Origin: Candidatus Limiplasma pullistercoris
GTDB lineage: Bacteria > Bacillota > Clostridia > Christensenellales > Aristaeellaceae
Reading direction: 5' to 3'
NCBI GenBank assembly: GCA_018715165.1
Contig: DVMC01000066.1
Location: forward strand, 15,050-79,049
Length of the DNA: 64,000 nucleotides
In this document: one piece after another, positions 18,201 through 27,400 of the stretch
Position numbering within the stretch: the stretch's first letter is position 1
Layout of the letters: every line of letters begins with the position of its first letter
The notes under the pieces: model-generated
The model's input: only the letters and a program-made list of their open reading frames with translations
Told to the model about the DNA's origin: nothing
The model's database searches: none
Made by a program: the position numbers and the translations under genes

Positions 18201-19759
18201 ACGCCACGGCGGGCGTGGGGCTGATCTCCCCGCCGCCCCACCATGACATCTATTCCATCGAGGACCTGGCGGAACTGATTTACGACCTGAAAAACGCCAA
18301 CCGCAAGGCGCGCATCAGCGTCAAGCTGGTGGCGGAAGCAGGGGTGGGTACCGTGGCCGCGGGCGTGGCCAAGGGCGGCGCAGATGTGATCGTGGTCAGC
18401 GGATACGACGGCGGCACCGGCGCGAGCCCGCGCTCCTCCATCCGGCATGCGGGCCTGCCATGGGAAATGGGCCTTGCCGAAGCGCAGCAGACGCTCATGC
18501 TCAACGGCCTGCGCGGCCGCGTCGTGCTGGAAACCGACGGCAAGCTCATGACGGGGCGGGACGTAGCCGTGGCCGCGCTGCTCGGCGCGGAGGAATTTGG
18601 CTTCGCCACCGCGCCGCTGGTCGCCATGGGCTGCGTGATGATGCGCGTATGCAACCTGGACAGCTGTCCCGCAGGCATTGCCACCCAAAAGCCGGAACTG
18701 CGCGCACGTTTCAAGGGAAAGCCCGAATACGTGATGCGCTTCATGCGTTTCATTGCACGGGAGCTGCGGGAAATCATGGCGCAGATGGGTTTGCGCACGT
18801 TGGACGAAATGGTGGGCCGAACGGATTTGCTGGTGCGCAGGCCTTCGGATGGCTGCTGGAAACGCGACGGCGTGGACCTGTCCGCCCTTTTGGGCCGGTC
18901 GGAGGACGAAAGGCGGTTTTGCCGTCACGATCAGGGCGTCGTCCGCCAGCTGCAACCCACACTGGACGAAAGCATGCTGTGCGTGTTGGCCCGTCCCGCG
19001 CTGGAGGGCGGACATCCCGTGACCGCGGCGCTGGCCATTCACAACACCGACCGCGCCACGGGCACGATTCTGGGCAGCGAGGTCACCGTTCGCTACGGGG
19101 AAGCGGGCTTGCCTGACGACACCATCCGCCTGACCTTCCGCGGCAGTGCGGGGCAGAGCTTTGGCGCTTTTGTGCCGCACGGCGTCACGCTGACGCTGGA
19201 GGGCGACTGCAACGATTATCTGGGCAAGGGCCTCTCCGGCGGCATCCTGTGCGTAAGCCCCGCCAGGGAACAGGCGGGCCGGCCGGAGGAAAACGTCATT
19301 GCGGGAAACGTCGCGCTCTATGGAGCCACCGGCGGAGAATGCTACGTATGCGGCATGGCGGGCGAGCGCTTCTGCGTGCGCAATTCCGGCGCGCTGGCGG
19401 TGGTCGAGGGGGTAGGCGACCACGGCTGCGAATACATGACCGGCGGCCGTGTGGTCGTTCTGGGAACGATTGGACGCAACTTTGCCGCCGGTATGAGCGG
19501 CGGAATCGCCTATGTGTACGACCCGGACGGAACCTTTCCCCAGCGCTGCAATACTGAAATGGTGCTTCTGGAACCGCTGGACGACCCGGACGAGGCCATC
19601 CTTGTGAAAAAATGGGTGGAGCAGCACGTGCGCCGTACCCACAGCCCGCTGGGACAGCGCCTGCTGGACGAATGGGGCACGGCGGCCAGCCGCTTTACAA
19701 GGGTCATTCCCGTACAGTACAAGCGCCTGATGGCACAGCATGACAAGGAGGGGGCCTGA
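15248..19759 (+). CDS. gltB: Glutamate synthase large subunit
   Basis: 1503 aa. N-terminal amidotransferase Cys (HDACGIG), an FMN/Fe-S central domain and the C-terminal GXGXG beta-helix region (GNVALYGATGGECYVCGMAGERF). AGGAGG SD. Confidence 0.95.
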   Translation: MNGSSMGYPGQRGMYSPAFEHDACGIGMIVDIAGRRSHEIVTQALSILKNLEHRGGAGAEPDTGDGAGILTQLPHTLLERECRLGGIVLPAPGRYGVGMLFLSRDERRRMAAEAAFEAIVREQGQRFLGWRSVPVNASTLGKTSRACMPVIRQAFIEKSADLDGEDAFERKLYLIRRIAEKRLRYAPDARPGDFYAASLSCRTIVYKGMLLSRQVSRLYLDLNDLDYDTAIALVHSRYSTNTFPSWERAHPNRYTIHNGEINTIHGNCKRMNARQSHVHTGLFGDDLSQVFPIVNDDGSDSAMFDNALEFLLLTGRTLPHAAMMMIPQPWEKDRTMSRELRAFYEFHSHVMDAWDGPAAMAMTDGVQALAMLDRNGLRPARYLITTDGLLVMASETGALELPPERVLRRDRLRPGRMLMVDTRAGRLMDDAEIKSRMASLYPYDQWIAKLGLRLDDLPAAAAPEEGAPLWQLQKAFGYTWEQVRNVILPMAEQGAEPLASMGADLPLAILSDRPQPLFAYFHQLFAQVTNPPIDAIREEIVTSTLVYLGPEGDLLSPSPQSCRQLRLSSPLMTDEQLARLRGLDTEGLRALTVSILYEAAQGEAGMRGAMDRVFCALDEGFEKGYNLFILTDRGVDAEHAALPSLLAVSGVQAHTLRRGIRTQMSIVLESGEPTAVHHFAALVGYGATAINPYLALRTVREAVREERLAGFSEEEAQTRYLHAAVKGVVKTMSKMGISTVQSYRGSQLFEAVGLSRALIDEYFPETVSRIGGMGLDGVAKENAARHDAAFHDPLGGTALAPGGEFQWRREEEYHLYNPETIRLLQQAVWNDDYGMFRQYTARLDGSERKATLRSLMDLRPDRSPVPLDEVESEDVIVRRFKTGAMSYGSLSREAHECLAIAMNRLGGKSNSGEGGEDEDRYLPDANGDNLSSAIKQVASGRFGVTSSYLTHARELQIKMAQGAKPGEGGQLPGEKVYPWIAKTRHATAGVGLISPPPHHDIYSIEDLAELIYDLKNANRKARISVKLVAEAGVGTVAAGVAKGGADVIVVSGYDGGTGASPRSSIRHAGLPWEMGLAEAQQTLMLNGLRGRVVLETDGKLMTGRDVAVAALLGAEEFGFATAPLVAMGCVMMRVCNLDSCPAGIATQKPELRARFKGKPEYVMRFMRFIARELREIMAQMGLRTLDEMVGRTDLLVRRPSDGCWKRDGVDLSALLGRSEDERRFCRHDQGVVRQLQPTLDESMLCVLARPALEGGHPVTAALAIHNTDRATGTILGSEVTVRYGEAGLPDDTIRLTFRGSAGQSFGAFVPHGVTLTLEGDCNDYLGKGLSGGILCVSPAREQAGRPEENVIAGNVALYGATGGECYVCGMAGERFCVRNSGALAVVEGVGDHGCEYMTGGRVVVLGTIGRNFAAGMSGGIAYVYDPDGTFPQRCNTEMVLLEPLDDPDEAILVKKWVEQHVRRTHSPLGQRLLDEWGTAASRFTRVIPVQYKRLMAQHDKEGA

Positions 19760-19761
19760 TC

Positions 19762-21225
19762 ATGGGCAAGCTGTTTGGTTTTCTGGAATACGCCCGCGAG
19801 CTGCCGCCGGACCGTGACCCGCTGGAACGGCTGAATGACTGGAACGAGATTCATGGCCTGCTCCCACAGGAGGAGGAGCGGCGGCAGGCGGCGCGCTGCA
19901 TGGCCTGTTCCGTCCCCTTCTGCCACAGCGGACAGATGATCGGGGGTCTTCCCTCCGGCTGTCCGCTGGGTAACCTGATTCCGGAATGGAACGATCTTCT
20001 CTACCGGGGCGAATGGGAAGGGGCGGCACAGCGACTGCTCATGACCAACAGCTTCCCGGAGTTTACCGGACGGGTGTGTCCCGCGCCCTGCGAGGGCGCG
20101 TGCACCTGCGGCATCCATCAGCCGCAGGTCACCATCCGCCAGAACGAGCTGAGCATCATAGAGCGCGCCTTTGCGGACGGGCGTATGCAGCCGCGGCCTC
20201 CGGCGGTGCGCACGGGCAGACGGGTGGCCGTTGTGGGCAGCGGACCCGCGGGCCTGGCCTGCGCCGAGCGCCTCAACCGCTACGGCCACAGCGTCACCGT
20301 GCTGGAGCGCAGCGACCGCGTGGGGGGCCTGCTCACCTACGGCATTCCCAACATGAAGCTGGACAAGCGCGTGGTTGCGCGGCGGGTGGACCTGATGCGG
20401 GCCGAGGGCATAACCTTCCAAACCGGATGCCATGTGGGGGTGGACCTGCCTGCCGAGGCGCTGCTGGATGCGTTTGACGCCGTGGTGCTCTGCGTGGGCA
20501 GCGGCAGGCCCCGCGATCTGGACGTTCCGGGCCGCGAGGGGCCCGGCGTGGCATTTGCGCTGGATTACCTCACCGCCGCCACGCGCGCCGTGCTGGACGG
20601 ACCAGGCGCCCTGCCCGATGCGCTCAATGCGCGCGGCAGGCATGTCATCGTCATCGGCGGCGGGGATACCGGCACCGACTGCGTAGGCGCCGCGCTGCGC
20701 CAGGGCTGCCGGAGCGTGCATCAGCTGGAAATCATGCCCAGGCCACCCCTTGCGCGCACGCCGCAAAACCCCTGGCCGGAGTATCCCCGCGTGCTCAAGG
20801 TCGACTATGCCCAGCAGGAGGCCATCGCGCGCTTTGGAAGCGACCCCCGCCAATTCCTGACGCAGACGCGCGAGATCCTGCGCGACGGGCATGGCGTGTG
20901 CGCCGTGCTTACCGAGGGGGTGCGTTGGGTCAGGGGAGCGGACGGCCGCTTGTGCCCGCAGGTCCAGCCGGGTACCTCGAAGCGCTGGCAGGCCGACCTG
21001 GTGCTCATCGCCATGGGCTTCACGGGTCCGGAGGAAACGCTCGTTCAGGCCTATGGCCTTACCCAGGACGCGCGCGGGAGCGTGCTGGCCGACGGTTTCA
21101 TGACCGTGCGTCGCGGCGTATTTGCCGCGGGCGATATGCGCATCGGACAAAGTCTGGTGGTGCGCGCCATCGATGAGGGCCAGCGCGCCGCAAAAGCCTG
21201 CCATGCCTACCTGACCGCGCTGTAG
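19762..21225 (+). CDS. gltD: Glutamate synthase small subunit (NADPH-dependent)
   Basis: Cys clusters CMACSVPFC and CPAPCEGAC. Dinucleotide folds VAVVGSGPAGLACA and VIVIGGGDTGTDC. Starts 3 nt after the gltB stop. Confidence 0.95.
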   Translation: MGKLFGFLEYARELPPDRDPLERLNDWNEIHGLLPQEEERRQAARCMACSVPFCHSGQMIGGLPSGCPLGNLIPEWNDLLYRGEWEGAAQRLLMTNSFPEFTGRVCPAPCEGACTCGIHQPQVTIRQNELSIIERAFADGRMQPRPPAVRTGRRVAVVGSGPAGLACAERLNRYGHSVTVLERSDRVGGLLTYGIPNMKLDKRVVARRVDLMRAEGITFQTGCHVGVDLPAEALLDAFDAVVLCVGSGRPRDLDVPGREGPGVAFALDYLTAATRAVLDGPGALPDALNARGRHVIVIGGGDTGTDCVGAALRQGCRSVHQLEIMPRPPLARTPQNPWPEYPRVLKVDYAQQEAIARFGSDPRQFLTQTREILRDGHGVCAVLTEGVRWVRGADGRLCPQVQPGTSKRWQADLVLIAMGFTGPEETLVQAYGLTQDARGSVLADGFMTVRRGVFAAGDMRIGQSLVVRAIDEGQRAAKACHAYLTAL

Positions 21226-21463
21226 CCCCGCTTTTTCCGCTTCTTTCCTTCTTTGTTCAAGCGCCGTCCACGTGCAGCCGGCGTTCCGCCAGTCCATAGG
21301 CAGCCTCTTCAGCCCGCGCGGACGGCCTGCGATAGTCCCGCCTTGCTCCGGCCGCCGCATCCCGCGCTCTCCCGCGCCGGAAAACCCGCCTTGCCGCAAA
21401 ATACATCACTTTGCCATCCTTTGCACACACTACCCTCCGTACACAATAGCGGAGGTTTGCCTG

Positions 21464-24400
21464 ATGCATTGGATCATATCGGCGGCCGGACTGGCGATTC
21501 TGTTTTTCCTGGCCTGGGGAACGCACCGGCCCGCGCCCCGCGCCTACCGGGACGCAACGTTGGACGACGCCCTCCCCGCCCATCTCAAGGCCTTGGCGGC
21601 CGAAACGGAGGGGCGCGGGCGGGCGCGCATCCGCATGCCACGCGGGCTGCTGGGCTCGCTGGAGCGGTCCGTGCGGTTTTTGAACGCCCTGCCCTCGCAG
21701 GACCTGCTGCCCGCCGCGCGCTGGCTGTGCGACAACGGACGCTTTTTACAGGAGGAAATCGCCGCCCTGCGCCTGGCGTTGGAGGGAACGCCCCGCCTGC
21801 CCCGGTGCTCGTCCGGCGTGCCGCGGGTGTGCCTGTTTGCCCGTGAGCTGATCGGGCACAGCGCCGCCGCCTTCGACCGCGACCGGCTGGAGCGTGCCGT
21901 GGCCGCCTGGCAAAGCGTTGCGCCCTTTACCGTTCAGGAGACTGATTGCCTGCCCCTGGCCCTGCGGCTTGCGCTTCTGGAGCTGCTGTGCGCCTCGGCG
22001 GACCAGTGCATGCGCGAGCAGCGAGCCCGTCTGAGCGCCGTGCGCATGGAGCGCCTGCTCCGCCATGGACGCGAGCGCCAAGCCATGCGCCTGTTCAAGC
22101 GAAACGAGCACGAATCCGCCTTCCTGGAGCAATTGCTCTCCCAGGTGCGCACCGGCGAGGAGGCCGGTCGCACGCTGTGGCTGGACCGGTATTTCACCCG
22201 GCGCGGCCTGTCCGCCGACGGCCTGGCGGAATCGGAACACAGCCACCAGACGGAGAGCTGCCTGTGGGTCGGCAACGCCGTCACCTCGCTCCGGGCCGTT
22301 GCCCGCACGCCGTGGCAACGCGTGCTGGAATCCGTCAGCGCCGTGCATGAAGCCCTCTCGACCGATCGCGTCTACCTGGGCATGGACCAGGAGAGCCGTG
22401 CCTATTACCGCGGACAGGTATCGCTGATCGCCGTCCGCACCGGCCGGCCGGAGCTGTCCGTATGCGCCGGGGCGCTCTCGCTTGCCCAGGGTGCCGGAGA
22501 AGGTGTCCGCGGCCACGTGGGCTATTACCTGCTGGATGACGGCCTCCGTCAGCTGCTTGGCTACCTGCAGGCGCGGCGTGCCTCCGGCCTTGTGGCTCCG
22601 CGCGCCCGCGCCTTGTTGCGGTTGGGCAGCTGGGCGGCCTTTGTCGCGCTGATCGCCGCCGCCTGGGCGCTCAGGCTGCCGTGGCCCGTGTGGCCCCTGT
22701 TTGCAGGGGTGTTTCTCTACGCCGCGCAGCAGGCCGCGACCGTCGTGCTCCTGCGCCGCCTGCGCCCGCGCATGGTTCCCCGCATGCAGGTGGAGCGGCT
22801 GGATGCTTCCACGCAGACGCTGGTGGTATGTCCCACCATGCTCATGGACGCGGGCCATGCCATCTCCATGGTCAAGCATCTCTCGGTGCTGCATCAGGCC
22901 AACCCGGATTCGCACCTGCACTTTTTGCTTCTGGGCGACTTTCAAGACAGCCTCACCGGCACCCTGTCCGGCGACGGCGATATCGTGGCCGCCGCGTCGG
23001 CGGCCGTGCGCGCCCTGTGCGAGGACACCGGCCATCCGTTTTTTTACCTGCAGCGCGAACGGGTCTTTTCCGCCCGCGACCACCTCTACATGAGCCGCGA
23101 GCGCAAGCGCGGCAGCCTGGAAACGCTGCTCAAACTCATCGACGGGCGGCCCGTGGAGGATTCCTTCGCCTATGCCTCTTTGCCTCTGGAAAGCCTCAAG
23201 GGACAATACCGCTACGTGATCACCCTCGACAGCGACACCATTCTGCCGCCGGGCAGCGCGCTTCGGCTGGTGGGCAGCATGCTGCATCCCCTGCAAAAGC
23301 GGCAGAAGCTGCAGGGGCGCATGCGCGGGGTGAGCGTGCTGCAGCCGCGCATGGAGATCGCCGCTCATACGGTGGGCAGCCGACTGTCGCTGCTGCTGGG
23401 CGGACGCGGCGGCGCGGACCCCTATAACGCCCTCACCGCCGATCTGGCGCAGGACCTCTACCGGCGCGGCACGTTTATGGGCAAGGGCATCATCGACCCC
23501 GCGCCCTTTCTGGACGCGACCGAGCGCGCCGTGCTGCCCGGCTGTGTGCTTAGCCACGACCTGTTGGAAGGCGAGCTGGCGGGATGCGCCATGGCCAGCG
23601 ACATCACCCTCTATGACGGCCACCCCAAAACCCTCAAGGGCTTTCTCTACCGCCTGCACCGCTGGACGCGGGGTGACTGGCAGCTGCTGGCCTATGTGCT
23701 GCCCCTCTTTCCCAGGCAATGGCGGCCGCCCAGCCGTGCGCTGGATGCCGCGGGCCGGCGGAAAATCTGGCATAACCTGCTGCGCAGCCTGGTCGCGCCT
23801 ATGCGGGTGCTGCTGATCGCCTATGCGGCGTTCGCAGGCCGCACCTGGCTGCTGCTTGGCGCGCTTTTGCTGCCCGAGCTGCCCTATGCGCTTCCCGCAG
23901 GGCTGCGTGGACTGCCGGCGCTGCTTGCGCGCCTGGCTGTGCTTCCCTGCGAGGCGGGCATGCAGGCCGACGCCATCGCCCGCACGCTGTACCGGCTGTG
24001 GTTCAGCCGCCGCAGCCTGCTGGCGTGGACCACCGCAGCCCAGCTTTCCCGCCCGTCGGACAAGCCGCCCATGCTGTTTTTCTATTTGAGCATGGTCACG
24101 GGCGCGGCGGTGGCAGGACTTTCGCTGCTGCCCGGCGGAACGCCGGCGGGCCTGGCGACGGGCGCGCTGTGGGTCGCTTTCCCCTTTGCGCTGCCCTGGC
24201 TGGAACAGCCGGTGACCCGTCCGCCCCGCCCCACCGGCTATATGCGCGAGGTTCTCACGCGCGTGGCCAAGGGTACGCTCACCTTCTTCGAGACGGCCAT
24301 GACCGACGCGGACCACGGCCTTCCGCCCGACAACGTGCAGATCGAGCCCAACAAGGGCGTGTCTCACCGTACCTCGCCCACCAACATCGGCCTGTACCTG

Positions 24401-27400
24401 TGCGCGCTGGCGGCGGCGGAGCGGCTGCGCCTGCTGGCCCCGGATGAAATGGCCCGCCGCATGGAGGACACCCTCGCCACCCTCGAAGCCCTGCCCAAAT
24501 GGCAGGGGCATCTGTACAACTGGTACGACACACGCACGCTGGAGCCGTTGGAACCGCCCTTCATCTCCTCGGTGGATAGCGGCAACCTGGCGGCCTGTCT
24601 GCTGACCTGCGCGCAGGGCGTGCGCGTGCTGCTGCCCCAGCTCAGCGCATGCTACCACAGCCTGGCCGCTCGCATGGATGCGCTGGCGGAGGGTATGCGC
24701 TTCACCGCCCTGTTTGACGCGGAAGCGGAACTGTTCCGCATCGGCGTGCATCCGCTGGAGGAATCGCCCTCCACAGGACATTACGACCTGCTGGCCAGCG
24801 AATCCCGGCTTTTGAGCTTTGTGGCCATCATGCTGGGTCAGGCCCCGGTGCGGCACTGGTGGCGGCTGGGGCGTCTCTATACGCGCGTGCGCGGCGCGGG
24901 ACAAACGCTGATCAGCTATAACGGAACCATGTTTGAATACCTCATGCCGCTGCTGTTTCAGCCCACGGTACCCTTGACGCTGCTGGACGGCGTATGCCGT
25001 GCCGCCGTCAAGGCGCAGGCGCGCTGTCGCCGCGGCGGCGTGTTTGGCGTAAGCGAAAGCGGGTACTATGCCTTCGACCCCAACCTGTACTATCTCTATA
25101 AGGCATTCGGCCTGCCGCGCCTGTCGCTGGACCCGGACCAGCGCAGCGACGTGATCGCGCCCTACGCCACCTTTCTGGCGATGCAAACGGATCTCAAGTC
25201 CGCGTTTCAAAACCTGCTGCGCCTTATGTCGCTGGGCATGGAAGGGCCGCTGGGCATGTTCGAGGCCGCCGATTTTTCGCCTGCGCGCACGGACGGCCAG
25301 CCCATGCGCATCGTGCGCAGCCATATGGCGCACCATCAGGGGATGATTCTGCTGGCGGTGTGCAACGTGTTGGAAGAGGGCTACATCTCCGGCCTGTTCT
25401 CCTCCCTGCCGCGGGCGCAGGCCTACCGGCTGCTGCTGGAAGAAAGGCCCTTTCGAGCCCGCGGGCTCATCCGCCGTCCGCTCCGGCGCACGGCGCGCGA
25501 GACGCCCCTCTCCGCCGCTCCGGCCCGGCGTGCGGCAGAGCCGATGCGCTTTCCCATCGACGCGCACCTTCTGCACGGGGCCGGAACCACCTGGATGATC
25601 GACGCCCAGGGCGGCGGCTTTTTGAGCCGCAACGGCGTGATGCTCACCCGGTTTTCGGAATGCTGCCGCCTGCCCAGCGGCATGCGCTTTTACCTGCGGG
25701 ATTCGCAGAGCGGCGCCTACTGGAATGTCACGGACCCCGGCCTTACCCAGTCGGTCAGCTTTGAAACGGCGCAGGCGGTCTTTGCCCATGAGCGCTTTCA
25801 GGTGGAAAGCGAGCTGCGCCTGTTCGTAAACCCCCTGGATGGCGTGGCGCTGGCCTGCCTGACGCTGAAAAATCACAGCGGCATGGAGCGCATGATGGAG
25901 GTGTGCAGCTATCTGGAACCCGCCCTGGCCTCCCAGCGCGACGACGCGGCGCATCCGGCGTTTCAGAACCTGTTTCTGCGCACCGGACGGCTGGGCAAAT
26001 ACGGTGTGGCGGCCATGCGCCGCTCCCGCGGCCCGTCCGAGGAAAGCCGCCGCCTGTGGCACCTGATGGCCACCGACGCCAGCCTGACCATGCTGCGCGT
26101 GCAGACCGACCGTGCGGCCTTTCTGGGGCGCGGGCGCACGATCTATGCGCCGCGCGCGCTGGAGATGCCCATCAGCGCCGTTGCAGATACGCTGGGCGAC
26201 GTCATCGAGCCCTGCCTGAGCCTGCGGGGCCAGTTTGTGCTGCCACCCGGCGGCAGGCTGCAATTTGTGTTCGCCACTTCGCTTCCGGGCGAAAGCGAGG
26301 CGCCGGGCGCCTTTCTGGAACGCTACGGCCAGGTGGACGGCGCGCTGCGCGCCTATGCCCCGGCGCTCACGCGCGGGCTGGTCACGGCGCGTTACCTTGG
26401 GCTTGCCCCGGGCATGCTTGGCGGCGTTTCCCGCCTGGTGGGCGCGCTATGCTATACCGGCCAGCCTGCCCAGCTGCGCTATGCGGCGGAAAACGCCCTG
26501 CCCCTCCGCGCCCTGTGGAGCATGGGCATCGGCGGCGATCTGCCCATTCTGCTGCTGGAATGCCGCGAGGGCAAGGACCTGTCGCTGGTGCAGCTTCTGC
26601 TCAAGGCGCATGCCTGGTATCGCATGCATGGCCTGTGGGTGGATCTGGTGCTGGCCGTCACCCAGCCATCGGGCTATGGGCATCCGCTGCGCGAGCGGCT
26701 CAGCGCCCTGGCCCAGGCCTGTCACAGCCATGAGCTGATCGGCAAGGAGAGCGGCGTACACCTTTTTGACAACCTCACGGCCGACCAGCTGGGTCTTTTG
26801 CGCGCCGCGGCGCGCGTGGTGCTTTCCACGGACGGCGGCTCGCTGGAGGAGCAGCTGCGCGCGCTGGAGATGAGCGTGCGCGCGCGGCCGCTCTATACCT
26901 GCCGCCCCAGCGCCGAATGGAAACCCGCCCTGCCTGAAGCGGACGCGACACTGTTTGACAACGGCTACGGCGGCTTCACGCGGGACGGCGGCGACTACCG
27001 CATCACCCTGCCCGCCGGGCGGCAGACCCCCGCGCCCTGGTGCAACCCCCTCTGCTCGGACCGCTTCGGAACCCTTGCGGGCGAAAGCGGGCTGGTGTTC
27101 ACCTATGCGCATAACAGCCATTCGGGCCGGCTGACCCGCTGGCCCAACGACAGCGTGACCCCGCGCGGCGAGGAAAATTTCTTCCTGCGCGACGATGCGC
27201 ACCGGCTGCTCTGGTCGCTGACCCGCCAGCCTATGGGCCACAACATGCCGGTGCGCGTGACCCATGCGCCCGGCGAGACGGTGTACGAGAGCAGCTGCTA
27301 TGGCGTGTACTGCCGCATGTCCTGCTTCACCGACGGCGAAGCCGCCATCGGCGCGCGCGTGATTCAGCTGCGCAACGAGGACCGGGTGGAGCGCGTGATG

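Noticed and set aside
15551-21399. Three long minus-strand ORFs (639, 723 and 629 aa)
   Set aside because: All are antisense to gltB and gltD, which carry unambiguous motifs. They are shadow ORFs.
21746-26263. 1505-aa minus-strand ORF
   Set aside because: It lies entirely antisense to the glucan synthase-like gene and has low-complexity Arg/Gly/Ala/His composition. It is a shadow ORF.
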